Of a stretch of DNA of 64,000 nucleotides, positions 39,354 to 48,122 are shown piece by piece. Every line of letters begins with the position of its first letter. Position 1 is the stretch's first letter. This stretch comes from Nitrososphaerales archaeon (GTDB lineage Archaea > Thermoproteota > Nitrososphaeria > Nitrososphaerales > JACPRH01): NCBI GenBank assembly GCA_030745655.1, contig JASLOE010000003.1:4165-68164 (forward strand), read 5' to 3'. The notes below the pieces were generated by a model that did not search any database, was not told the origin of the DNA, and saw nothing but the letters and a program-made list of their open reading frames with translations. The position numbers were made by a program, and so were the translations under genes.

Positions 39354-40817
39354 TTGACTCAACCAACTTCAAAATATCCGATAACAAAAATAAGTGAAGT
39401 AGAGTACAGAATTGAGTCGGATACAAAACCAGGAATGAATGTTCCAGTTACAATATATGCTAATGAGAATTTGCTTAAAAAAATGTTAACCGATAGGACT
39501 ATAGATCAAGCAGTAAACGTAGCTCACCTCCCTGGAATCATCAAACATGCTATTGTACTACCAGATGGACATGAGGGATATGGTTTTCCTATTGGAGGAG
39601 TTGCTGCAACAGATGCAGATACTGGAGTAATCTCTCCTGGTGGAGTAGGTTATGATATCAATTGTGGGGTCCGTCTACTACAAACAAATCTCACAGAAAA
39701 TGAAGTTAGGCCAAAATTAAAACAGATACTATCTGATCTATTTCAAGCAGTTCCATCAGGATTAGGTAGTAAAGGGCGATTAAAGTTAACACCACGCCAT
39801 TTAGATGATGTACTTAGAGAGGGTGTAAATTGGGCTATCGAAGCAGGATATGGAACAGAGAAGGATGCAGAATTTTGTGAAGAGAACGGCAAAATGAATG
39901 GTGCAGATCCTGACAAAGTTTCTCCTATAGCGAAATCAAGGGGAATACCTCAACTTGGGAGCTTAGGGTCTGGAAATCACTTTTTGGAAATTCAGAAAGT
40001 CGATAAAGTATTTGACAATAGAGCTGCTGAACGCTTTGGTATAAGAGAAGAAGGGCAGATAGTGATACTGATACATACTGGTTCAAGAGGTTTGGGTTAC
40101 CAAGTCTGTAGTGATTATCTGAAGGTAATAGAATCAGCTTCACACAAATATAACATACATCTACCGGATAGGGAGCTTGCCTGTGCACCTAATAATTCCA
40201 AGGAAGCTTTGAACTATTTTGGAGCAATGGGTGCAACTTTAAACTATGCATGGTCGAATAGGCAGATGATAACACATTGGACTAGGAAGGTTATGCAGAA
40301 TATCTTCAAAATGTCTGAAAACGAAATTGGATTAAATTTAATTTACGATGTAGCCCATAATATTGCTAAGTTTGAAGAACATAATATTGATGGTGAAAAA
40401 CGTAAGGTTGTTGTTCATAGAAAAGGTGCAACAAGAGCTTTTCCAAGTGAAAGTAAAGATATTCCAAATTCATATAGAGATATTGGTCAACCAGTTCTGA
40501 TACCGGGATCTATGGGAACGGCTAGCTGGGTTCTCCTGGGCACACATAAATCAATGAAGAATAGCTTTGGATCAACAGCTCATGGAGCAGGGAGGATGAT
40601 GTCTCGGTCTGCAGCTATCAGAACTTATAGAGCTGAAGATGTTAAAAGGGATCTTGGAAGAAAAGGAATACTAGTCCAATCTGCGAGTTGGAAGGGGATA
40701 GTAGAAGAGGCACCAGGGGCCTATAAGGATGTAGATGCTGTTGCAGATGTATCAGATAAAGTAGGAATTGCTACTAAAGTAATAAGATTAAAACCATTAG
40801 GTGTAGTTAAAGGATAA
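39354..40817 (+). CDS. rtcB: RNA-splicing ligase RtcB
   Basis: 487 aa. LPDGHEGYGFPIGGVAA, GVGYDINCG, GSGNHFLE, HTGSRGLG and HGAGR motifs. TTG start. No intein. Confidence 0.95.
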   Translation: MTQPTSKYPITKISEVEYRIESDTKPGMNVPVTIYANENLLKKMLTDRTIDQAVNVAHLPGIIKHAIVLPDGHEGYGFPIGGVAATDADTGVISPGGVGYDINCGVRLLQTNLTENEVRPKLKQILSDLFQAVPSGLGSKGRLKLTPRHLDDVLREGVNWAIEAGYGTEKDAEFCEENGKMNGADPDKVSPIAKSRGIPQLGSLGSGNHFLEIQKVDKVFDNRAAERFGIREEGQIVILIHTGSRGLGYQVCSDYLKVIESASHKYNIHLPDRELACAPNNSKEALNYFGAMGATLNYAWSNRQMITHWTRKVMQNIFKMSENEIGLNLIYDVAHNIAKFEEHNIDGEKRKVVVHRKGATRAFPSESKDIPNSYRDIGQPVLIPGSMGTASWVLLGTHKSMKNSFGSTAHGAGRMMSRSAAIRTYRAEDVKRDLGRKGILVQSASWKGIVEEAPGAYKDVDAVADVSDKVGIATKVIRLKPLGVVKG

Positions 40818-40825
40818 TTAGCTAT

Positions 40826-41605
40826 TCAGCTGATGTATCCTAGATTCTTATTATTCTGTTTTCCGACTTCAGAATGACTATCTTGATTATTTCTTAATTG
40901 ACCAAGTTTCTTGACAATCTTTTCGGTATTCTTTACATGCTCAATGAGACGTGTCATATCGACTTCAATATCCATAATCTTACTGAAAATGGTTAAAACA
41001 GCTTTGGATGCATTGGCATCAACTATATATCCTGAGGTCTCACCTAACAACGATAGACCTAACATACCTCTGACTTTAGCTAAACCAACTAATAATCCAT
41101 TCATTCCTGTGATTGCCCCCTCTTTCATCAAAATTACACCATAGTTAGAAAGATCATTTGTCGCTGAGATATCAGTGGCGGTACCATATACTTTTGGTTC
41201 TTTTACAAAGCCTCCTGTAATATACGCTGCAAGAGTAAATATTTTTTCAGTACCAAGTTCACTAGCTAATTCTAATATCTTATCAGCTACTTGGTAATCT
41301 GCCTCAGGAGTTATAGGCTGTGAATCACCAGTATAAAGAATTAAATCATTAGAAACTTTTGATTTCAAATAGTATAATTCATTCTTTAAGATATCCACAG
41401 TACCATTCGGTTTAATAATAACCTGCGGAGGAAAGTTATATGAATAAACGACACCAAAAATCTTTGCATCTAATTCTTTGATAAGATGCTCAACAGCTAA
41501 CTTCCCAACAAAACCACTCCCCGGCAAACCGCATACCAGAACTGGATTTTTTAATTCTGGTTTCTTGAGTAAATGTATGTTGACACTCGTCAAATCTTCA
41601 CCCAT
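40826..41605 (-). CDS. PAC2 family protein (proteasome assembly chaperone-like, COG1938)
   Basis: 259 aa. NPVLVCGLPGSGFVGKLAVEHLIKEL near the N-terminus is typical of archaeal PAC2/DUF75 proteins. Confidence 0.7.
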   Translation of the reverse strand: MGEDLTSVNIHLLKKPELKNPVLVCGLPGSGFVGKLAVEHLIKELDAKIFGVVYSYNFPPQVIIKPNGTVDILKNELYYLKSKVSNDLILYTGDSQPITPEADYQVADKILELASELGTEKIFTLAAYITGGFVKEPKVYGTATDISATNDLSNYGVILMKEGAITGMNGLLVGLAKVRGMLGLSLLGETSGYIVDANASKAVLTIFSKIMDIEVDMTRLIEHVKNTEKIVKKLGQLRNNQDSHSEVGKQNNKNLGYIS

Positions 41606-41660
41606 ATTCTAGTTTGAAATTTGCCTCACCTATCTAGAAAAAGGTTCGTATATTGGTACA

Positions 41661-42032
41661 TCAATCTTCAGACTTTAGCTTCTCTTTTAAAGGAACGAGC
41701 TTACCGTCTTTCTTTACTTGTATTGAAGTTTCAACATGGATTCTTAGTCCCATTTGTCTGAAAAGCCAGAGAAGTTCTCCACCAGATATGAATCCTTTGA
41801 TGCCTCCTTTTTTTATTATGCCTGCAAGATTTTTCACAATAATTGACACTTGCTCAGGGTAATGCATTTCAGCTAGCTCCAAAACCTCTAGTCCTCTATC
41901 AATCATCCTTGAAGAAACAATATCTCGGTCACTTTGCGGTTTCACTTCAGGCTTTCCTGATGCAGCTATCCTGCGCTTGAGATCTAGCAGCCTCTTAGCA
42001 GTTAAGAAGTCGAGATCTTTATCTGAAACCAT
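41661..42032 (-). CDS. PDCD5/TFAR19-like dsDNA-binding protein
   Basis: 123 aa, helical. LELAEMHYPEQVSIIVKNLAGIIKKGGIKGFISGGELLWLFRQM matches the PDCD5-family pattern as I recall it (P..A..vE..li.l...G.i...is...l..ll..i). Confidence 0.6.
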   Translation of the reverse strand: MVSDKDLDFLTAKRLLDLKRRIAASGKPEVKPQSDRDIVSSRMIDRGLEVLELAEMHYPEQVSIIVKNLAGIIKKGGIKGFISGGELLWLFRQMGLRIHVETSIQVKKDGKLVPLKEKLKSED

Positions 42033-42065
42033 TCACTTAAGTTCTATTACGCAAGCTATTAACCC

Positions 42066-42079
42066 TTATGGATAGAAAA
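42066..42079 (+). repeat. Left copy of 14-bp direct repeat TTATGGATAGAAAA
   Basis: Read directly; identical to 43373-43386. Confidence 0.9.
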
Positions 42080-42193
42080 CAGTCACAATACTGAGTGCTT
42101 ATGGAAAACTAATGTCAACTATTTCAGTTGAACTAAATCTTCCAAAAATAAAATAAAACCTTATTTTAATAAGTAGAACTAGTCATAATTAAT

Positions 42194-42706
42194 ATGGATT
42201 ATCAAAACTTTTTTCATAAATGTTCTGAACAAGATTTATGCCATATTTTTCAAGCTAAGAAGATAAAGGACACAGAAATCCATAAAATAATTCATGATTT
42301 ACAGGATCTTGGAAGATCTGCAAAACAAGCTGAATATAATAAAGCACTAAAGAAATCATTCATTTCTTTACAATAGGAAACAGAAAAACCAGTATCTAAA
42401 AACAAAGAAATCGGCATGAAATGTGATTTCCATAAGACCATTAATGGTAACCAAGTATTTTGCGAAACTCAATTCGGAAAAACTGAAGCAGTACTCAAAG
42501 ATGTATGCAAAATGCAGATAGCCTATGATGAACAAACACTTGATCTCGGAGTAGTAATAGTACCATTAGATCCTAATCAAATGTTTTCAGAACGAAAAAA
42601 ATCAATAGTAGGTATGGCCTACTTCAACATGGTAAAACAAACATTACCACACCTACACTTCAAATTTCCAATATGGGTAATCGGACTAAACCCAAAAAAA
42701 GCCTAA
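42194..42706 (+). pseudogene. BglII/BstYI-like restriction-endonuclease-fold gene interrupted by one in-frame TAG
   Basis: Track ORFs 42194-42376 and 42416-42706 share a frame. The only stop between them is TAG at 42374-42376. The downstream part carries D-x12-E-T-Q-F-G-K and GVVIVP, resembling the EvQfGn core of BglII-family nucleases. Confidence 0.5.
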
Positions 42707-42781
42707 AGAAAAAATAATACGTCAAGTAGCACAATTTAGGGTTCTTGGCATACATTTGCTAATTATTGTTCTTATTTTATG

Positions 42782-42991
42782 TTACATATCTTTATTATTG
42801 TAATTTTGGGAACTATCATATCTTTTTACTCTTGTTTGATTTTGAAATTTGGCACCACCACGCATACCACCTTTGTGTGTCGTTGGTAATTTGAGTTTAT
42901 TATCATTGCAAGTTTTTTCGTGTTTATCCCACTTTCTTTTCAACACTGTTTGTTTGCACGAATTACAAAATACTATTTTCTTTTCAAGCAA
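42782..42991 (-). CDS. Small C2HC zinc-finger protein (69 aa)
   Basis: CNSC-x12-H-x3-C at residues 9-29, followed by a basic G/K/R tail. TTG is the only available start. Confidence 0.4.
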   Translation of the reverse strand: MLEKKIVFCNSCKQTVLKRKWDKHEKTCNDNKLKLPTTHKGGMRGGAKFQNQTRVKRYDSSQNYNNKDM

Positions 42992-43095
42992 ATGCTATCA
43001 TCTCCTCTTTATTCTCTGCTTTTCCAACGTTTGTCATGATGTGTCTTTTAATAGAATGTAGTTTAAGTTTTTCAATATTACAAAAATCTTTCAAT

Positions 43096-43212
43096 TTATC
43101 TTGCGTTTCTATTTAGCTTGCCCTCTGCGTAGCATTCTTTCCTATGTTTTCTAAAGACTAAAGTATCGTAAATAGTTTTTCCACATCTTTTACATATATT
43201 TCTATCAGGCAT
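43096..43212 (-). CDS. Small C2HC zinc-finger protein (38 aa), paralogous module to 42782-42991
   Basis: My translation is MPDRNICKRCGKTIYDTLVFRKHRKECYAEGKLNRNAR, with the same C-x2-C-x12-H-x3-C spacing. GGGTGAT Shine-Dalgarno-like motif 7 nt upstream of the ATG. Below the ORF-track length cutoff. Confidence 0.35.
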   Translation of the reverse strand: MPDRNICKRCGKTIYDTLVFRKHRKECYAEGKLNRNAR

Positions 43213-43309
43213 CTCTACATCACCCTCTGTTTAATGCTTAAAATACATAACAAAACATTCTTTTTTTAATAATAAGTTTCATCTGTTGTAGTTAAATAAA
43301 AAAGGTGGG

Positions 43310-43334
43310 TAGGTGCTTTAATTGCCTGCACCTA
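43310..43334. other. GC-rich hairpin TAGGTGC-(11 nt)-GCACCTA
   Basis: 7-bp perfect inverted repeat in otherwise very AT-rich spacer, just inside the right direct repeat of the island. Confidence 0.4.
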
Positions 43335-43372
43335 TAGGCTGAAGACAAATAAGTACTCAATAAATACACCGT

Positions 43373-43386
43373 TTATGGATAGAAAA
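43373..43386 (+). repeat. Right copy of 14-bp direct repeat TTATGGATAGAAAA
   Basis: Read directly; identical to 42066-42079. Confidence 0.9.
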
Positions 43387-43401
43387 AATGTTATTCGTTA
43401 G

Positions 43402-44280
43402 GTGATATGGATAGTTGATAACATGAGTAATCAGAAACTATGGGTAGCTATTCCAGACACAGTTTTATCAGACAGTAAGAATCTTCGGGATAAAACGATT
43501 AAACTTGGAGCTATAGCGAGAAGTTGTGCTATTTTCAGAGTTGACAAGATATTTTTCTATCGAGATAATACAATTACATCAGGAGAATTTGAATTAATTA
43601 GAATAATCTTGGAGTATCTAGATACTCCACAATATCTGAGAAAACAATTATACGGAATGAGGAAGGAATTACAATATGCCGGATTATTACCACCACTTAG
43701 AACGCCACATCATAAACTAGTTGAAAAAATAACTGAGATTAGGGTTGGAGAATTCAGGGAAGGAATTGTTGTCAAAAATGGTGGTCAAAACTATGTGGAT
43801 GTTGGTTTATCAAATCTAATTCCTGTTGATGGACCGGCATCTAAAGGTTCAAGAGTTACAGTTAGATTTACTACCCAATATCCAAATCTTCGGTGTCAAG
43901 TTACCGAACGGGATAAAGTAAAAATGTACTGGGGATATGAAGTTAAGGAGGCAACTTCACTTCAAAAACTCTTAAAGAGTTTAAATACTGATATTAGTAT
44001 TCTTACATCACGTAAAGGAAGACCATTAGCAGATTTATGGCAAAATCTAGTAACGGATATTCAACACGCTCATAAAATTTTAGTGGTTTTTGGTGCACCA
44101 AGGTCCGGTATTAATGAGATACTTCTAAAAGATAATGTAAACCCTAGAGATCTTTCTAAATACGTATTAAATATTTTTCAAGAACAAGGATCAGCTTCAA
44201 TTAGAACTGAGGAAGCATTATTGGGGACCTTAGCAATCCTAAATCTTGCAAAAATAATGCATAATCAAGTTGCATTATAA
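43402..44280 (+). CDS. SPOUT-superfamily putative RNA methyltransferase (COG2106 / C9orf114-SPOUT1 family)
   Basis: LWVAIPDTVLSDSKNLRDKTIKLGAIARSCAIFRVDKIFFY matches the family N-terminus. The track start is GTG; ATG at 43423 (MSNQK) is also possible. Confidence 0.75.
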   Translation: MIWIVDNMSNQKLWVAIPDTVLSDSKNLRDKTIKLGAIARSCAIFRVDKIFFYRDNTITSGEFELIRIILEYLDTPQYLRKQLYGMRKELQYAGLLPPLRTPHHKLVEKITEIRVGEFREGIVVKNGGQNYVDVGLSNLIPVDGPASKGSRVTVRFTTQYPNLRCQVTERDKVKMYWGYEVKEATSLQKLLKSLNTDISILTSRKGRPLADLWQNLVTDIQHAHKILVVFGAPRSGINEILLKDNVNPRDLSKYVLNIFQEQGSASIRTEEALLGTLAILNLAKIMHNQVAL

Positions 44281-44335
44281 TCTAACAAATACTTAAAAAT
44301 ACTAGTTCTCTTCAAACGCGTGCCACTGATGCATA

Positions 44336-45340
44336 ATGGGTAAGAAGCATGCACCAAAACATGGGTCTTTAGCATACCTACCGAGAGGAAGAGCTAGAAG
44401 TCTAGTCTCAGTAGTTAAGACATGGCCAAAAATAGAAGATGATAAACCATCTCTATTAGGAACTGCAGCATTTAAAGCAGGAACGATACACGTCTATACA
44501 GTTGATGATAGAGAGAAGACCCCTAATTATGGTAAACCTCTTTTTAATACATCAACCGTGCTAGAATCTCCACCAGTATTCATAAGTGGTTTTAGAGCAT
44601 ATGAAGATAATGGAGAGGCTATTGTTGTTTTTAATGAGGTTTATACAAAGAATCAACCTAAAGATACATCAAGAACAAAGAAGTTCAAGGAAACTACAAA
44701 AAACCATCTTGAGGACATAAAGAATTCTTTGGACAAGATTAAGAGGTTTACTGCCGTTTGTTGCATCACACCTAGAGAGACTGGAATGTCACAAAAGAAA
44801 CCTGTGATATTTGAAGTTGCAGTTGGAGGAGGTAATGTGGAATCTCAGTTTGAATATATACAAACTATTTTAGGAAAAACTGTCAAGATTTCAGATGTTT
44901 TTAAACCTGGAATGTATATTGATACAGTTGGTGTAACTAGAGGAAAAGGATTTGAAGGACCAGTTACACGAATGGGAATTAAAAGGAAACAACACAAGTC
45001 TAGAAAGACAGTGCGTGCTGTCGGAAGTATTGGTCCATGGAAACCAACAGCAACTATGTATACAATTCCTAGTGCAGGTCAAAGAGGATTACATAGGCGT
45101 ACTGAAGTCAGTAAACGTGTAATGACTTTGGGTACATCAGATGAATTACCAATCACACCTAAAGGAGGCTTTAAGCATTATGGGGAAGTTAAGTCTGATT
45201 ACATTGTGGTCAGAGGTTCAGTTCAAGGGCCACCAAAAAGATTTTTAAAACTAAGACATACTATATTTCGAAAGAACAAGAAAGTTCAGCCCCCAAAAAT
45301 ACTTGATGTAAGTACCAGAAAAGGAGATATTGTTGAATGA
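44336..45340 (+). CDS. rpl3: 50S ribosomal protein L3
   Basis: 334 aa. KHAPKHGSLAYLPRGRA N-terminus, FKPGMYIDTVGVTRGKGFEGPVTRMG. Confidence 0.97.
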   Translation: MGKKHAPKHGSLAYLPRGRARSLVSVVKTWPKIEDDKPSLLGTAAFKAGTIHVYTVDDREKTPNYGKPLFNTSTVLESPPVFISGFRAYEDNGEAIVVFNEVYTKNQPKDTSRTKKFKETTKNHLEDIKNSLDKIKRFTAVCCITPRETGMSQKKPVIFEVAVGGGNVESQFEYIQTILGKTVKISDVFKPGMYIDTVGVTRGKGFEGPVTRMGIKRKQHKSRKTVRAVGSIGPWKPTATMYTIPSAGQRGLHRRTEVSKRVMTLGTSDELPITPKGGFKHYGEVKSDYIVVRGSVQGPPKRFLKLRHTIFRKNKKVQPPKILDVSTRKGDIVE

Positions 45341-46137
45341 ATGCTGATATTCAAGATTTAGATGGAAAAATAGCTGGTTCAGTAAATCTTCCTAGAATTT
45401 TTGAAACTTCTTTTAGACCTGACCTTATACATAGAGTTTACCTTGCTATAGCAACGCATAACCTACAACCCCAAGGAAGAGACATATTAGCTGGTCAAAA
45501 AACTAGTGCTGAATCATGGGGGACAGGAAGAGGAGCATCTAGAGTTGCTAGAGTTAAGGGTGGAGGAAGACGAGGCGGTCAGGGTGCAGGAGTAGCGATG
45601 GTTGTGGGTGGTAGAACAACTCATCCTCCAAGATCTGAGAAAAAGATAAGGAAAGAAGTTAATCGTAAAGAACGCAGATTAGCCTTAGCATCTGCGATTG
45701 CTGCTACCACTGAGAAACAAATAGTTTCCTTGAGAGGACATAAGATTCCTGAAGAAAGAAATCTTCCCATCATAGTTAATGATGATGTTCAAAAAATAAA
45801 TAAAACTAGTGATCTTTTAGATTTTTTTCTATCAATAAATCTAGGAGATGATATTGAAAGAGTAAATCACAGCAGAAAGACAAGGTCTGGTGTATCACGA
45901 AGACGTGGAAGAACCATTAAAACGGGAAAAGGTCCATTAATTGTAGTATCTGAAGATAAGGGGATAGGTAAAGCTGCTAATAATATTCCTGGTATCGATT
46001 GTGTCTTGGCGAAAAACCTTACAGTTACAGATCTTGCACCTGGTTCTCAAGCAGGAAGACTAGTAGTCTGGAGCAAATCTTCAATTAACAATCTTCCAAA
46101 GCCGTTATTAGAGGTAGGTAATTTAATTGCGACCTGA
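45337..46137 (+). CDS. rpl4: 50S ribosomal protein L4 (L1e)
   Basis: 266 aa. Position after L3, with GTGRGASRVARVKGGG. Confidence 0.95.
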   Translation: MNADIQDLDGKIAGSVNLPRIFETSFRPDLIHRVYLAIATHNLQPQGRDILAGQKTSAESWGTGRGASRVARVKGGGRRGGQGAGVAMVVGGRTTHPPRSEKKIRKEVNRKERRLALASAIAATTEKQIVSLRGHKIPEERNLPIIVNDDVQKINKTSDLLDFFLSINLGDDIERVNHSRKTRSGVSRRRGRTIKTGKGPLIVVSEDKGIGKAANNIPGIDCVLAKNLTVTDLAPGSQAGRLVVWSKSSINNLPKPLLEVGNLIAT

Positions 46138-46393
46138 AGAAGCATTACAAGTAATTTTACGTCCATATGTTACTGAAAGGACATTCGATCTTATTGAAAG
46201 ACAGAATAAGATAGTGTTCATGGTTGAAGATGGAGCTAGAAAAAGAAAAATAAGGGATGCTGTTGAAATGTTGTATGATGTAGATGTAGCATCGGTGAAT
46301 ACAGCGAAAACTTTGTCAGGTAAGAAAGCTTATGTACGTTTAAGCGAAAAGTCTTCTGCAACAGATTTAGCATCAAAACTTGGGTTGGTATAA
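46127..46393 (+). CDS. rpl23: 50S ribosomal protein L23
   Basis: 88 aa. RPYVTERTFDLIE...KIVFMV and operon position. TTG start. Confidence 0.95.
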   Translation: MRPEEALQVILRPYVTERTFDLIERQNKIVFMVEDGARKRKIRDAVEMLYDVDVASVNTAKTLSGKKAYVRLSEKSSATDLASKLGLV

Positions 46394-46395
46394 TA

Positions 46396-47139
46396 ATGGG
46401 TAAACGAATTCTTACACAACATAGAGGTCGTGGAGGGAGACAATATAGAGCACTTAAGAAGAGAAAATTAGCACCTGCTAGATATCCTGAAGTTTCCAGT
46501 GAACTTGTTACAGGAGAGGTTAAAGATATTTTACATGAAATCGGCAGAGCTACGCCTCTTGCAAAAGTAAATTTTGAGAAAGATAAGTTTTCATATATTC
46601 CCGCAATTACAGGATTAAAAGTAGGTGCTACGATTGAGGTTGGTAAAGGGTCTCAATTAAAAGAAGGAAATGTGTTACCTTTATCAGAAATACCTGAAGG
46701 ATCAATTATTTGCAATATAGAGCTAAACCAAGGTGACGGAGGAAAACTTGTAAAGGCACCTGGTGGGTCAGCCACTCTTTTTTCACATACTCCGTCAGGT
46801 GCTCTGATAAGGTTTTCTTCTGGAAAAGCAGCTATAATAAATAGTAAAAGCAGAGCATCAATTGGTAGAATAGCTGGATGGGGAAGATCTGAAAAACCAT
46901 TTTTAATAGCTGGGAACAAACATCATTTAATGAGGTCAAAGAATAAAATCTACCCCAGGGTTAGAGGTGTTGCTATGGCTTCCGTACATCACCCCTTTGG
47001 AGGAGGAAGGCATCAACACCCAGGAAAATCTACTACAACAAGCAGAAATGCTCCACCAGGTAGAAAGGTTGGACTTGTCGCAGCTAAGAAGACCGGAACT
47101 AAACGATTAGCCAGAGCTAAAATAGAGGTGAAACGTTAA
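46396..47139 (+). CDS. rpl2: 50S ribosomal protein L2
   Basis: 247 aa. [30 protein letters not shown]. Confidence 0.97.
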   Translation: MGKRILTQHRGRGGRQYRALKKRKLAPARYPEVSSELVTGEVKDILHEIGRATPLAKVNFEKDKFSYIPAITGLKVGATIEVGKGSQLKEGNVLPLSEIPEGSIICNIELNQGDGGKLVKAPGGSATLFSHTPSGALIRFSSGKAAIINSKSRASIGRIAGWGRSEKPFLIAGNKHHLMRSKNKIYPRVRGVAMASVHHPFGGGRHQHPGKSTTTSRNAPPGRKVGLVAAKKTGTKRLARAKIEVKR

Positions 47140-47141
47140 AG

Positions 47142-47537
47142 ATGGTGCAGGAGTTCAAATATAGAGGATATAATATTGAGCAATTGAACGCAATGTCAAT
47201 CGAACAATTTCTACATCTCCTGCCATCAAGGCAAAGACGTTCATTAAATCGAAGTATTTCTGAGGAAAAAAGGAAACTTTTGGCAGAATTGAGACAAACA
47301 AAAGAAAAAAGCAATAATAAGCCTATTCGCACGCATATTCGAGACATGATTGTTTTACCATACTTAGTAGGACTAACAATTCATGTACATAATGGAAAGG
47401 AATTCATAGCCCTGGAAGTAAAACCGCAAATGGTAGGACATTATTTAGGTGAATATGTTATTACTAACAAAAAAGTTGTTCATGGTACTCCTGGTATTGG
47501 AGCATCGCGTTCCAGCTTATATGTTCCACTAAAATAG
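47142..47537 (+). CDS. rps19: 30S ribosomal protein S19
   Basis: 131 aa. Ends [14 protein letters not shown], the conserved S19 C-terminus. Confidence 0.97.
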   Translation: MVQEFKYRGYNIEQLNAMSIEQFLHLLPSRQRRSLNRSISEEKRKLLAELRQTKEKSNNKPIRTHIRDMIVLPYLVGLTIHVHNGKEFIALEVKPQMVGHYLGEYVITNKKVVHGTPGIGASRSSLYVPLK

Positions 47538-47655
47538 GGAAATAATGACGTGGAGGATTATTTTTTTCTAAAAAAGTTTGAAAAGCTTTAAATTATCAAC
47601 GGAAGCCCGTCAAACGCACGAGTAAAAATTAAGGACAAAAGGAGATCAATATAAA

Positions 47656-48114
47656 TTGCCACAATTTGCATATAGCTTTACCGGCTATTCCCAGCCGTAT
47701 GTTAAAGCCAGTGGAAGAGAGATGAATATAAGTCCAAAGACTGCTAGAGAGATTTGTAATTCTATAAAAGGTAAGCTGATTCCACAAGCTAGAGAATATC
47801 TTGAAGATGTAATGGATAAGAAGCAGCCTGTACCGTTTAGACGATATAAGAAAAAAGTTGGTCATCGAAGCGGGTTAATAGGATTTCATGTAGGCAGATA
47901 TCCTGAGAAAGCTGCAGAGCAGATACTTGAAATTATAGATAATCTTGAAAATAATGGTGATTTCAAAGGAATGGATACTGAAAGAATGAAAATAATCCAT
48001 GCATCAGCTATTAGGGGTAGACAAGTGAAGATGTTTAAGCCAAGAGCATTTGGCAGATCATCTCCTAGCCACAATACTTTGGTACATATAGAACTCGCAG
48101 CTACAGAGGTTTAG
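47656..48114 (+). CDS. rpl22: 50S ribosomal protein L22
   Basis: 152 aa. ISPKTAREICNSIKG and operon position. TTG start. Confidence 0.95.
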   Translation: MPQFAYSFTGYSQPYVKASGREMNISPKTAREICNSIKGKLIPQAREYLEDVMDKKQPVPFRRYKKKVGHRSGLIGFHVGRYPEKAAEQILEIIDNLENNGDFKGMDTERMKIIHASAIRGRQVKMFKPRAFGRSSPSHNTLVHIELAATEV

Positions 48115-48122
48115 TCAGATAG

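Larger units (their letters stand above)
42066..43386. mobile_element. 1.3-kb accessory island bounded by a 14-bp direct repeat (relic of an inserted element?)
   Basis: TTATGGATAGAAAA occurs at 42066-42079 and at 43373-43386, exactly in the two spacers that separate the island from conserved housekeeping genes. The interior holds only a disrupted nuclease ORF and mini-ORFs. No integrase. Confidence 0.35.

Noticed and set aside
42194-42706. Treating 42194-42376 (60 aa) and 42416-42706 (96 aa) as two independent small genes
   Set aside because: They share a reading frame, have a single TAG between them, and the 39-nt link is stop-free. The nuclease-like motifs make sense only in the joined product.
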